Shown in pieces: positions 17,734-26,226 of a DNA stretch of 28,382 nucleotides. Position numbers and translations under genes: made by a program. Origin of the DNA: Bacillota bacterium (lineage in GTDB: Bacteria > Bacillota > Clostridia > Oscillospirales > Ruminococcaceae). The number at the start of each line of letters is the position of its first letter. Position 1 is the first letter of the stretch. The stretch is taken from positions 1-28,382 of the forward strand of contig JAEXNS010000217.1 in assembly GCA_023439605.1 (NCBI GenBank). Direction: 5' to 3'. Under the pieces are notes generated by a model. The model ran no database searches. It saw only the letters and a list, made by a program, of their open reading frames with translations, and had not been told where the DNA came from.

Positions 17734-20058
17734 GTGATTAAAATTATGTCAGCTAAAATTTTAAAAGATATAATTCCTATATCGTTTAGTATACTTATTA
17801 TATCTAGCTTTATGAATTATTATGTAGTAGGTCCTTTGTTTTTGGTTTTATTTATGTTAACAGTGTTAATTCAATTTTCAATGTTTAATATATATAATTT
17901 CTTAGCTAAAAAAAGTTTAATACTGAGATATGTATCTATTTTAGGTTCTTTTTTTATTGTTTGCATTATGGCATATTTTATTGTAAAGACTTCTCAAAAC
18001 AACGAAGAAATTGATTTCATAGTATGGTTTTGGAGTCCAAGAGAAGCTATAAATGAATTTTATTTTACATTTACTTTTATAACTTTCATAGTAAGTAATT
18101 TATTTATTGCTTCCACTGTTTATTATTTTTCAAAAGTAAGATATCGAATTTATGTTAATTTCTTACTTGCACTTATACCTTTTGCAACTTTTACAAAAGC
18201 AGGAGATGAATTGCCAATTGGATTTACAATAGCACTTCTTATAATGTATTTTTCTTTAATGGTGTATTACAGACAATTAGATGTAAGTAAAAATGTAGCT
18301 GTTATGGCTGATAAAAATTACAAAAAATCTATTGCTTATTTTTTAACTGTAGCATCTTTTACTGCTTTGATGTTACCAAAACCAGATATAAAAGAAAATA
18401 GGTCTGCAATTGAAAATATTTTTGACTCGTCTAAATTTGGTAATTATGTACTTGAAAGTCTAGGGTTGCTTTCAGAAAGCTCGGACGGTGGATCTACAAT
18501 TAGAAGTAATCAAAGTCAAAACAGGTTTCTTTTTAATGTTTATTCAAAAGAAAAGCTTAATTTGAAATCCAAAACTTACAGTCTTTACAATAAAGGTGTT
18601 TGGAACTTAGATGATGTTGATAGAACTGATTTTAGTGAGTGGAAAAAATTTCTTGAAGAAAATGAACCGTCAATATTAATAAAGGATGAAAATTGGGAAG
18701 AATATTTTAAAAAATTAAATCCAAGTGAATTTTATAGGGAAATAGTAATAGATGCAATAGTAAACAATAAGGATTTTGCAGAAAAATATGATTTAAATGA
18801 GTTGTATTTGCAAGAAGTTAATTTAAATGGCTACGTAAAAGATATATACATAAAAGAAAGTGTTATCGATACTGTTTTCGCCTTGACACCACCAGGCGTA
18901 TTTAAAACAAAAGAAGAGTTCCCTAGAAATTTTATTTTTACTTTTAATCAATCAATTTTTAAAATAGGTAATAATGGTGAATTGCGTAGAAATAAAGATG
19001 ATTATGGAACAGAATACTATTCACAGCGAATTATTAACGAAACAGTTGTCGGAAAGATAATGGATAAACTTAACAAGGATAATTATTATGATTTTTTAAA
19101 TGATTTACTAGTGATTTATGAGAATGATAATTATAAAAAAGATATAATTGAACATTATATCTCAGATTATAAACAAGCCTTTTTTTATCATGATTATGTT
19201 TATAGAACTCCAGTAAGTGAAAAAGTAAGCAAACTTGCTATGAAAATAACTGGAAAATATAATTCTGATTTAGAAAAAGCTTATGCAATTGAAAATTATT
19301 TTCTTCAAAATGGATTTGTATATGATTTGGAGTTTAGCAAACCAGCAGGAGCAGATTTAGATTATTTTTTATTTAATAGTAAACGTGGTGCTTGTTTTGA
19401 TTATGCAACTTCAATGGTTCTTTTAGCTAGAAGCATTGGCATTCCAGCGAGATATGTGGAAGGGTTTATGGTAAATAATCAAACAGATATGGACGAAGAT
19501 TTAGATGTATATTCTGTTTTTGAAAAAGACTCTCATGCATATCCAGAGTTATTTATATCAGGGTATGGTTGGGTTATGTTTGAACCAACTCAAGTAACAG
19601 CAGATGGAGATAGAGGTTTTATATTTGATTTTAATGCACTTTCATGGATCCTTTTTATTACCATGATTTTAATTGTAACCATCTTATTTATAAATATAAA
19701 ATTTTATCCCCAAATAAATGAGTTTTATTTTAGAAAAAAAATAATTAAAACAGATAAAAGTAAAGTAATGCCTTTAATTTTGAAGAGGATAAAATATAAA
19801 ACAAAAATAGATGATTTTACAACAACTCAAGAAATAAATAATATCGTAAGAAAAAAATATGATTTTGATTTAACTAAAGCAATAGATCTATTTGATAAAA
19901 CATTTTATGGAGAAAGTGATTTAATGGATGAAGAAAAATCTGCTGTAATTAAATCATATATTGAGTTTGATGAAGTTGTCAAAATTAAAGATAAAGAAGA
20001 GAAGGCTATGAAAAAATTATTGAAAAAAAGAAATAAATTTTTAGATAAAGAAATTTAA
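17734..20058 (+). CDS. Membrane-anchored transglutaminase-like protein (TgpA-like)
   Basis: Multi-TM N-terminus; KRGACFDYA (Cys), GIPARYVEGF, SHAYPE (His) and GWVMFEPT motifs; C-terminal TM. Start is GTG 17734 or ATG 17746. Confidence 0.9.
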   Translation: MIKIMSAKILKDIIPISFSILIISSFMNYYVVGPLFLVLFMLTVLIQFSMFNIYNFLAKKSLILRYVSILGSFFIVCIMAYFIVKTSQNNEEIDFIVWFWSPREAINEFYFTFTFITFIVSNLFIASTVYYFSKVRYRIYVNFLLALIPFATFTKAGDELPIGFTIALLIMYFSLMVYYRQLDVSKNVAVMADKNYKKSIAYFLTVASFTALMLPKPDIKENRSAIENIFDSSKFGNYVLESLGLLSESSDGGSTIRSNQSQNRFLFNVYSKEKLNLKSKTYSLYNKGVWNLDDVDRTDFSEWKKFLEENEPSILIKDENWEEYFKKLNPSEFYREIVIDAIVNNKDFAEKYDLNELYLQEVNLNGYVKDIYIKESVIDTVFALTPPGVFKTKEEFPRNFIFTFNQSIFKIGNNGELRRNKDDYGTEYYSQRIINETVVGKIMDKLNKDNYYDFLNDLLVIYENDNYKKDIIEHYISDYKQAFFYHDYVYRTPVSEKVSKLAMKITGKYNSDLEKAYAIENYFLQNGFVYDLEFSKPAGADLDYFLFNSKRGACFDYATSMVLLARSIGIPARYVEGFMVNNQTDMDEDLDVYSVFEKDSHAYPELFISGYGWVMFEPTQVTADGDRGFIFDFNALSWILFITMILIVTILFINIKFYPQINEFYFRKKIIKTDKSKVMPLILKRIKYKTKIDDFTTTQEINNIVRKKYDFDLTKAIDLFDKTFYGESDLMDEEKSAVIKSYIEFDEVVKIKDKEEKAMKKLLKKRNKFLDKEI

Positions 20059-20067
20059 AATAACTTC

Positions 20068-20098
20068 AAACAACATCATTTATTGGTGTTGTTTTTTT
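20068..20098 (+). terminator. Intrinsic terminator
   Basis: AAACAACATCA-TTTAT-TGGTGTTGTTT followed by a T-run. Confidence 0.75.
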
Positions 20099-20126
20099 AT
20101 GTAAAAAAAATTTTTTAATTAAGTTA

Positions 20127-20155
20127 TTGACACAGAGTGATTATTTTATTATAAT
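20127..20155 (+). promoter_or_regulatory. Consensus sigma-A promoter of the tRNA
   Basis: TTGACA-17bp-TATAAT with AT-rich upstream sequence. Confidence 0.85.
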
Positions 20156-20180
20156 ATTATAAGTTGATTTTAATTTATAT

Positions 20181-20254
20181 CTGGGTGTGGCGCAGATTGG
20201 TAGCGCGCTACCTTGGGGTGGTAGAGGCCGTGGGTTCAAGTCCCGTCACTCAGA
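20181..20254 (+). tRNA. tRNA-Pro(GGG), CCA not encoded
   Basis: Acceptor CTGGGTG/CACTCAG, D-stem GCGC/GCGC, anticodon arm CTACC-TTGGGGT-GGTAG, T-loop TTCAAGT. C1-G72 and A73 match Pro identity elements. Confidence 0.95.
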
Positions 20255-20270
20255 CTTATTTTAAATATTA

Positions 20271-20321
20271 ATAACCCTCGTATTTAGGCTTTGAATAGCT
20301 TAGATATGAGGGTTGTTTTTT
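20271..20321 (+). terminator. Long hairpin/terminator after the tRNA
   Basis: 20-bp stem 20271-20290 / 20297-20316 (four G-T pairs), 6-nt loop, then a T-run. Confidence 0.75.
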
Positions 20322-20332
20322 AAAAAAACATA

Positions 20333-20384
20333 TTGACAATTATCTATATATGTGATATCATATAGATATAAATCTATATGATAT
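20333..20384 (+). promoter_or_regulatory. ars-cluster promoter with ArsR/SmtB-type operator
   Basis: TTGACA(20333)-17bp-TATCAT(20356). A perfect 13-4-13 palindrome ATATCATATAGAT-ATAA-ATCTATATGATAT (20355-20384) overlaps the -10 and start region. Confidence 0.8.
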
Positions 20385-20400
20385 TTGAGGTGTATTGATT

Positions 20401-20688
20401 ATGAATGAAATAGATATAGCACTTATTTTTAAGTCATTAGGTGACTCAAATAGACTTAAAATTATAAAAATGTTATCTGATGGTGAAAAATGTGCTTGTA
20501 AACTTCTTGAAGCATTTGAAATAACACAACCAACATTATCACATCATATAAAAATACTTCTAGAGTGTGGTTTAATTACAATTCGCAAAGATGGCAAATG
20601 GTGTCATTATTCATTGAATACTAAAACACTGTATTCTCTAAAAGAATTTATAGATGAACTAGAGTTGAATTTAAAAGAAGGAGTATAA
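20401..20688 (+). CDS. arsR: ArsR/SmtB-family metalloregulator
   Basis: FKSLGDSNRLKI, GEKCACKL (alpha3 Cys box), TQPTLSHH and GKWCHYSL motifs. ATG 20401 follows GAGGTG. Confidence 0.9.
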   Translation: MNEIDIALIFKSLGDSNRLKIIKMLSDGEKCACKLLEAFEITQPTLSHHIKILLECGLITIRKDGKWCHYSLNTKTLYSLKEFIDELELNLKEGV

Positions 20689-21696
20689 ATGAATATGATA
20701 TGGGGTTTTATTCAAGATCAAATATTAGGTATGAAATGGTTAAATAAACTGGTTGGAGAATTTCTTTCATTAATAGGCCTTGACATAGAAGGTCGTTTAG
20801 GAGGAAGTATTCAATTTTTTATTTATGATGTAATTAAAATAGCTATTTTGTTATGTACTTTGATATTTATAATAAGCTATATACAGAGTTATTTTCCACC
20901 TGAAAGAAGCAAGAAAATAATGAGTCGTTTTCATGGTGTTGGTGCAAATATTATGTCTGCATTACTTGGTACAGTAACTCCGTTTTGTTCCTGCTCATCT
21001 ATACCGCTTTTCATGGGCTTTACAAGTGCAGGACTTCCACTTGGTGTAACATTTTCATTTTTAATTTCATCTCCTATGGTTGACCTTGGAAGTTTAGTAA
21101 TTTTGACGAGTTTTTTTGGAGTAAAGGTTGCAGTTTTTTATGTGGTTGTAGGTCTTATTATTGCAGTCGTTGGAGGAACATTAATAGAAAAGCTACATAT
21201 GGAAAAACATGTAGAAGAATTTATACTAAATGCAAGTAAAATTGATATTGATGAACCTACTCTGACAAAAAAAGATCGTGTTATTTATGCAAAAGAACAA
21301 GTGATAAATACATTTAAAAAGGTTTTACCATATATACTTGTTGGTGTTGCTATAGGTGCATCCATTCATAACTTTATACCCAAATCATGGGTTGAAAATG
21401 TTCTAGGGAATAAAAACCCTTTTGGCGTAATACTTGCAGTAATCATAGGCGTTCCAATGTATGCAGATATATTTGGTACTATTCCAGTTGCTAAGGAACT
21501 GCTTTTAAAAGGTGCACAGCTTGGAACTATTCTTTCATTTATGATGGCGGTTACAACTTTGAGTCTTCCATCAATGATAATGCTTAGAAAAGCTGTTAAG
21601 CCTAAACTACTATTGCTTTTCATAGCTATTTGTACGATTGGTATTATTTTAGTTGGATATTTATTTAATTTATTTCAGCATTTACTGATAAATTAA
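20689..21696 (+). CDS. arsP: ArsP/DUF318-family permease
   Basis: TPFCSCSSIP, FLISSP, GVPMYAD and LSLPS motifs; two TM bundles. Confidence 0.85.
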   Translation: MNMIWGFIQDQILGMKWLNKLVGEFLSLIGLDIEGRLGGSIQFFIYDVIKIAILLCTLIFIISYIQSYFPPERSKKIMSRFHGVGANIMSALLGTVTPFCSCSSIPLFMGFTSAGLPLGVTFSFLISSPMVDLGSLVILTSFFGVKVAVFYVVVGLIIAVVGGTLIEKLHMEKHVEEFILNASKIDIDEPTLTKKDRVIYAKEQVINTFKKVLPYILVGVAIGASIHNFIPKSWVENVLGNKNPFGVILAVIIGVPMYADIFGTIPVAKELLLKGAQLGTILSFMMAVTTLSLPSMIMLRKAVKPKLLLLFIAICTIGIILVGYLFNLFQHLLIN

Positions 21697-21746
21697 AAAA
21701 TAGGTTAATTATTGGGGAATATTTTTATTTATTAGGAGGATTAATT

Positions 21747-22094
21747 ATGGGCTTATTCGGAAAGAAAAAAGAAAAGGAAAATAGTTGTAGTTGTGGTGGA
21801 CAATGTGGTTCTAGAGAAATTTCTGATTTAGAAAATATGAAAACTGGGAATTCGGTAATTAAAATTCTAGGTTCAGGTTGTAAGAAGTGCAACGAATTAG
21901 AGGTAAATACTATTGAGGCACTTAAACAGCTAGGAATGGATACTTCGGTTGATCATGTAACTGATTTTTCACAAATTGCTGCATATGGGGTTATGTCAAC
22001 TCCAGCACTTGTTTTTAATGAAAAAGTTGTTTCATATGGTAAGGTTTTAAAATCAGAGGAAATTGCTAAAATGTTAAAAAATTTAGTTGTTTAG
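21747..22094 (+). CDS. Small redox-active disulfide protein (thioredoxin_3 type) with Cys-rich N-terminal extension
   Basis: IKILGSGCKKC and YGVMSTPALV motifs; N-terminal CSCGGQC. Confidence 0.88.
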   Translation: MGLFGKKKEKENSCSCGGQCGSREISDLENMKTGNSVIKILGSGCKKCNELEVNTIEALKQLGMDTSVDHVTDFSQIAAYGVMSTPALVFNEKVVSYGKVLKSEEIAKMLKNLVV

Positions 22095-22097
22095 ATT

Positions 22098-22220
22098 TTA
22101 TTATTCAGCCAGTTTATGATTTTGTAGGAGTTTCAACTCTGCGGAGTCGATTGGGATTTCAAGTCGCTCTGGGACTTTGGTGAAATATCTCTGCCTTTAC
22201 ATATGGCTAAATATTAACGT
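22098..22220 (+). repeat. Family A element, copy A6 (internal ~10-bp deletion)
   Basis: TTATTATTCAGCCA ... GGAGTTTCAACTCTGCGGAGTCGATTGGGATTTCAAGTCGC ... TGGCTAAATATTAACGT. Confidence 0.85.
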
Positions 22221-22245
22221 TTAGATTAAATTAAGGAGTAATAGA

Positions 22246-22683
22246 ATGAAAAAACTTTTAATTGAGTGGATGCATATTGATTTTGAAGGCGAAACATGTG
22301 AAAGATGCTGGAATACAGGGCAAACACTTAAAACAGAGGTAGAACTATTAAATACAGAACTTAATTCAAAAGGATTTGAAGTTGAATATATTGAAACTAA
22401 AATTGACAATACTCAAATTTCACAGTCAAATATAATTCTTTTTAATGGGATACCTATAGAACAAGTACTTAATATAACAGTAAGCAAAAATTATTGTGAA
22501 TCATGTACAGATTTAATTGGTTTAGAAAGCTATTGTAGAATTATAAATTTTAACAATAAAGAATATGAAGATATTCCAGCGGAAGCAATTAGAAAAGCTT
22601 CATATCTATCTTTGGGTTTAAGTGAATACATTGAAAAGCCTAGTAAAAAAAATAATAATTGTTGCAGTAATGGATGTTGTTAA
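22246..22683 (+). CDS. DUF2703-like Cys-rich protein
   Basis: IEW...GETCERCWNTG, SNIILFNGIPIE, CESC and Y.DIPAEAIR motifs; CCSNGCC tail; ars-cluster context. Confidence 0.75.
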   Translation: MKKLLIEWMHIDFEGETCERCWNTGQTLKTEVELLNTELNSKGFEVEYIETKIDNTQISQSNIILFNGIPIEQVLNITVSKNYCESCTDLIGLESYCRIINFNNKEYEDIPAEAIRKASYLSLGLSEYIEKPSKKNNNCCSNGCC

Positions 22684-22686
22684 AAA

Positions 22687-22721
22687 AATCCCCCTTGAGT
22701 AAAAAATACTTAAGGGGGATT
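22687..22721. terminator. Bidirectional terminator
   Basis: AATCCCCCTTGAGT-AAAAAAT-ACTTAAGGGGGATT between convergent genes. Confidence 0.8.
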
Positions 22722-22746
22722 AACAATTAAAAAAAATTGGATATTT

Positions 22747-25092
22747 TTAATTGTTTAATAATAAGTTTTTCAATATAATGATATCAAAAAGATCAACTAC
22801 TCCATCATTTGTGAAATCAAATTGTTTAGCTATATCATCTGAAGTAAATGGTTTTACACCAAGTAAAGCTTGTTTTAGTCGTACAAGTTGTGTAACAGTA
22901 TAAACTTTTTTAGGGGTTGTTCCATCTGGTTCGGTTCCGCCTATAAGAATACCGTTTGAATAAACGCATACGTTTTCGCATTTTTGAGCTAATTCAGTTC
23001 CACCAACAATATTATCATAGTCTTCAATCGTTGTAATCCCCTTTCTGCTCCAGTCATTGGAAGAATTCCAGTTATCACCATAATACATACCTAAAATAAA
23101 CTGATATTTTTTATTTGAATTTGCTATTGCATAGTCTGGCCAAGATATTTCTACATAATATACTTTGTCTTTATAGTGAATAGGTTTGGACAAAACAGCT
23201 TCTTTATCGGCTACTTCAGTTTGAACTTGGTCATAAGTCTTTTGTAATACAAAAGAACTTGGAATTGTTGTATTTGAAGTAAACTCAGATATATCAAAAT
23301 AATAACGTACTGAAATATCTGTTTTAGGAGTTAGTGAATCAGTATTTACAAAGAAAGTTAATTTGGTAACACCGGCACCTGTTGACTCAGGTTTATCTTC
23401 ACAATATCCTGAAACCCAAAAATCATTTCCAGAAAAAATATCTGTACTATCTTCATATGCTTCTTCAGGTGGGAAATTTTCATCGGGTTTCATATCACTA
23501 TTTCCAAAAAAGTTATAAAGACCAGCAGAAGCACCTACAAAAGCAGCATTATAGTCAATAGTTACTTCATTGTAAATCCAGTCTGCAGTAACGTCAATAT
23601 GCTTATCATCTTTATCTGGTCCACCTACTAGAGCACCATATAGAACATGCTTATGTTTTTTTGTATCTTCACATTTCGTTAAGCCGGAAGCAGCTCTATG
23701 ATGAGGAAACTTTGCTGATACATCACTATAGCCTACTACATAACAACGATTTATAGGGTTATCACCTATGATATATTCCATTTGGCCTAATGCCCATTTT
23801 GAAAATGAATAATCTGGATTTTTCTCGTTAAATTTATCTTTTCCTTTATTATATTTATCATAAACAAGTGCAGTAAATTGTGCAGCAGTGTTATATCTAG
23901 CTGAACCCCATGTGTTTAACCAGAAGTATCCTGCAGGCGTAATGGTTCCTATATCACCATTAATATAAGTGTTTATTGCTTTTGCAGACATATACCAAAA
24001 GTCTATAAGTTCATATGGATTTCTTCCACCAGCGGTTCTGTATTCTTCTGCAACTTGTGGATATTCTTCTTGTATTCGTCCTAATAAAATACTTACACCA
24101 TTCCACATATCATTCCAACATAAAACATATCCAGGAGGTGCATAATAATCAATATAAGGAAGACAGTTTTGAATGTATTTATGATCTTTTGTTATAAGAT
24201 ATAACCAACATGAAGCAAAGCTATAATCATCTTCCCATTTGCTAGAAGTATAGTAGCTTTTAGGACCATCTTTACCATCGCCAACAGCTTTTTTGTTTTC
24301 AGTAGCAAAATCATATAGAGATTTCGCATAGTCTAAGCATTTATTTGCATAAACAGGGTCTGTGTCAATGAAGTTATAATAGTTTATAGCTAGTGCAGCG
24401 GCACATTGAGATACTACGTCAGTAGTTGGTATTTCTGTAGTAGCAAAGTAAGCTGGTCTAAGCATTGCATCTATCTCCGGTGCTTGCCAATATGCATGGT
24501 CAATATCACCATCGCCAACCTGATAACAAAAAGCCACTACCTTGCCTTCGTCATCTCTAAAAGTGCAACGCATAAAGTAGTCACTAAAATACTTACATAT
24601 TGTTTCAGCATGAGCAGCTTGTCCAGTTTCTTCGTATGCATCTCTGAATTCATAATATCCCCAAGAAACAACTGAAGCAGAATAAGCTTCTGGTAAACCG
24701 AACTTTACATGGTCTCCAGCGTCGTGAAAACCGCCTGAAACATCAACAAAACCATCACCTTCAGGATCGAGAATATCATTGTATTTTTGTATGAATGCAT
24801 CAGTCAAATTTGTGTTTTTAGAGTCGAGAGGAAGTTGTGAGTCATATACATGACAATTTCCACGCCAAGATAGAAGATTATTTTCTTTTACATCTGAACC
24901 GCACATATTTGCATCATAAAAAAATAAAGAGTGCTGAAGTAGTCTTGCCCAGTTGTTATCTGTTTCATAGTAATCAACATTATTTGGAGTTGTTTTTGCA
25001 TAATTTATTGATACGGGGGTTGATGAAATCATTATAGCTGCCGTTAAAATTGTTAAAGATTTTTTTAAATATTTAAAATTTTTCTTAAACAT
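22747..25092 (-). CDS. Secreted GH9 endoglucanase with CBM3 and C-terminal dockerin-like module
   Basis: Signal peptide; GGFHDAGDHVKF, PHHRAAS, LYGALVGGPD and NEVTIDYNAA motifs; CBM3-like SVRYYFDISE...YYVEISW...NDWS...GTEP; C-terminal DFTNDGVVDLFDIIILK. Confidence 0.92.
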   Translation of the reverse strand: MFKKNFKYLKKSLTILTAAIMISSTPVSINYAKTTPNNVDYYETDNNWARLLQHSLFFYDANMCGSDVKENNLLSWRGNCHVYDSQLPLDSKNTNLTDAFIQKYNDILDPEGDGFVDVSGGFHDAGDHVKFGLPEAYSASVVSWGYYEFRDAYEETGQAAHAETICKYFSDYFMRCTFRDDEGKVVAFCYQVGDGDIDHAYWQAPEIDAMLRPAYFATTEIPTTDVVSQCAAALAINYYNFIDTDPVYANKCLDYAKSLYDFATENKKAVGDGKDGPKSYYTSSKWEDDYSFASCWLYLITKDHKYIQNCLPYIDYYAPPGYVLCWNDMWNGVSILLGRIQEEYPQVAEEYRTAGGRNPYELIDFWYMSAKAINTYINGDIGTITPAGYFWLNTWGSARYNTAAQFTALVYDKYNKGKDKFNEKNPDYSFSKWALGQMEYIIGDNPINRCYVVGYSDVSAKFPHHRAASGLTKCEDTKKHKHVLYGALVGGPDKDDKHIDVTADWIYNEVTIDYNAAFVGASAGLYNFFGNSDMKPDENFPPEEAYEDSTDIFSGNDFWVSGYCEDKPESTGAGVTKLTFFVNTDSLTPKTDISVRYYFDISEFTSNTTIPSSFVLQKTYDQVQTEVADKEAVLSKPIHYKDKVYYVEISWPDYAIANSNKKYQFILGMYYGDNWNSSNDWSRKGITTIEDYDNIVGGTELAQKCENVCVYSNGILIGGTEPDGTTPKKVYTVTQLVRLKQALLGVKPFTSDDIAKQFDFTNDGVVDLFDIIILKNLLLNN

Positions 25093-25132
25093 AAAATTCC
25101 TCCTAAGTTATTATAAAAATACGTATAACTTA

Positions 25133-25162
25133 ATTATAATGTTTAAAATATAGTAGTGTCAA
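25133..25162 (-). promoter_or_regulatory. Probable sigma-A promoter of the GH9 gene
   Basis: Minus strand TTGACA-18bp-TATAAT. Confidence 0.65.
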
Positions 25163-25221
25163 TATTATTTTAAATAAATATATAATAAAAAATTAATTGT
25201 TAAAAAATATAAACTTCTGTG

Positions 25222-25250
25222 TTGATTATTATGCTTATTTATTATATAAT
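25222..25250 (+). promoter_or_regulatory. Probable sigma-A promoter of ldh
   Basis: TTGATT-17bp-TATAAT. Confidence 0.6.
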
Positions 25251-25281
25251 ATAATTATAATAAAAATTAGGAGTTGATTTT

Positions 25282-26220
25282 ATGAATAAACAAAAATGTG
25301 CTGTAATAGGATGTGGATTTGTAGGTGCTTCAATTGCTTTTGCATTAATGCAAAGTGGTTTGTTTTCAGAAATTGTTCTGATAGACTCAAATTATGAAAA
25401 AGCAGAAGGGGAAGCAATGGATTTAAGTCATGGTGTTTCTTTTGCAAATCCAGTTAAAATATATGCGGGAGATTATTCAGATATATCTGATTGTTATTTG
25501 GTTATAATTACTGCTGGTGCAAATCAAAAACCAGATGAAACTAGAATAGATTTAGTTAATAAAAATGTTAAAATATTAAAAAGCATAGTTCCTCAAATAA
25601 CTGCTGTAAATAAAGATTGTATTTTATTAGTCGTATCAAATCCAGTCGATATTTTGACTTATGTAACATTAAAAATCTCAGGATTTCCACAAAACAGAGT
25701 TATTGGTTCAGGGACTGTTTTAGATACCTCAAGATTAAAACATCTTGTCGGTTCACATTTGGGTGTTGATAGTAGAAGTGTACATGCTTTTATAATAGGA
25801 GAACACGGAGACAGTGAACTTGCTGTGTGGAGTAGTGCAAATGTTTCTGGTATAAGCCTTGATGATTTTTGCAATATTTGTGGTAAATGTGGTGGTAAAA
25901 CTTTAAGGTCTATATTTGATGACGTAAGAGATAGTGCATATGAAGTTATAAAAAGAAAAGGTGCTACTTACTATGCAATAGCTATGGCAGTAAAAAGAAT
26001 TTCAAAAGCAATTGTCAGAGATGAGCATTCGGTTCTTCCTATTTCATGTTTTGTAAATGACCATTATGGTGTTAATGATGTATATATTGGAGTACCTGCA
26101 ATTGTGGGAAGTAATGGAGTTGAAAAGGTTCTTGATATTTCCTTAGACGAAGAAGAAAAAGTTAATTTAATAAATTCTGTGAATAAACTTAAAAATATTA
26201 TTAAGGATTTAGAGATTTAA
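25282..26220 (+). CDS. ldh: L-lactate dehydrogenase
   Basis: GCGFVG, TAGANQKPDETRIDL (Gln specificity residue), SNPVD, GTVLDTSR, GEHGDS and KGATYY motifs. Confidence 0.96.
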   Translation: MNKQKCAVIGCGFVGASIAFALMQSGLFSEIVLIDSNYEKAEGEAMDLSHGVSFANPVKIYAGDYSDISDCYLVIITAGANQKPDETRIDLVNKNVKILKSIVPQITAVNKDCILLVVSNPVDILTYVTLKISGFPQNRVIGSGTVLDTSRLKHLVGSHLGVDSRSVHAFIIGEHGDSELAVWSSANVSGISLDDFCNICGKCGGKTLRSIFDDVRDSAYEVIKRKGATYYAIAMAVKRISKAIVRDEHSVLPISCFVNDHYGVNDVYIGVPAIVGSNGVEKVLDISLDEEEKVNLINSVNKLKNIIKDLEI

Positions 26221-26226
26221 TTAAGG

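Noticed and set aside
20230..20246. Two G-T pairs in the tRNA T-stem and absent CCA as signs of a pseudo-tRNA
   Set aside because: All other arms and identity elements are intact, it has a consensus promoter, and CCA is often added post-transcriptionally in Clostridia.
25197..25214. Possible Rex operator upstream of ldh (TTGTTAA-AAAA-TATAAAC)
   Set aside because: Only the left half fits the TTGTGAA-N4-TTCACAA consensus, in extremely AT-rich DNA.
21366..25874. ORFs 21366-21623, 22221-22409, 24015-24197, 24406-24675, 24837-25037 and 25659-25874
   Set aside because: All are antisense overlaps of confident genes.
25870..25890. Cys cluster CNICGKC in LDH
   Set aside because: It falls in a variable loop where clostridial LDHs often carry cysteines; no evidence for a distinct function.
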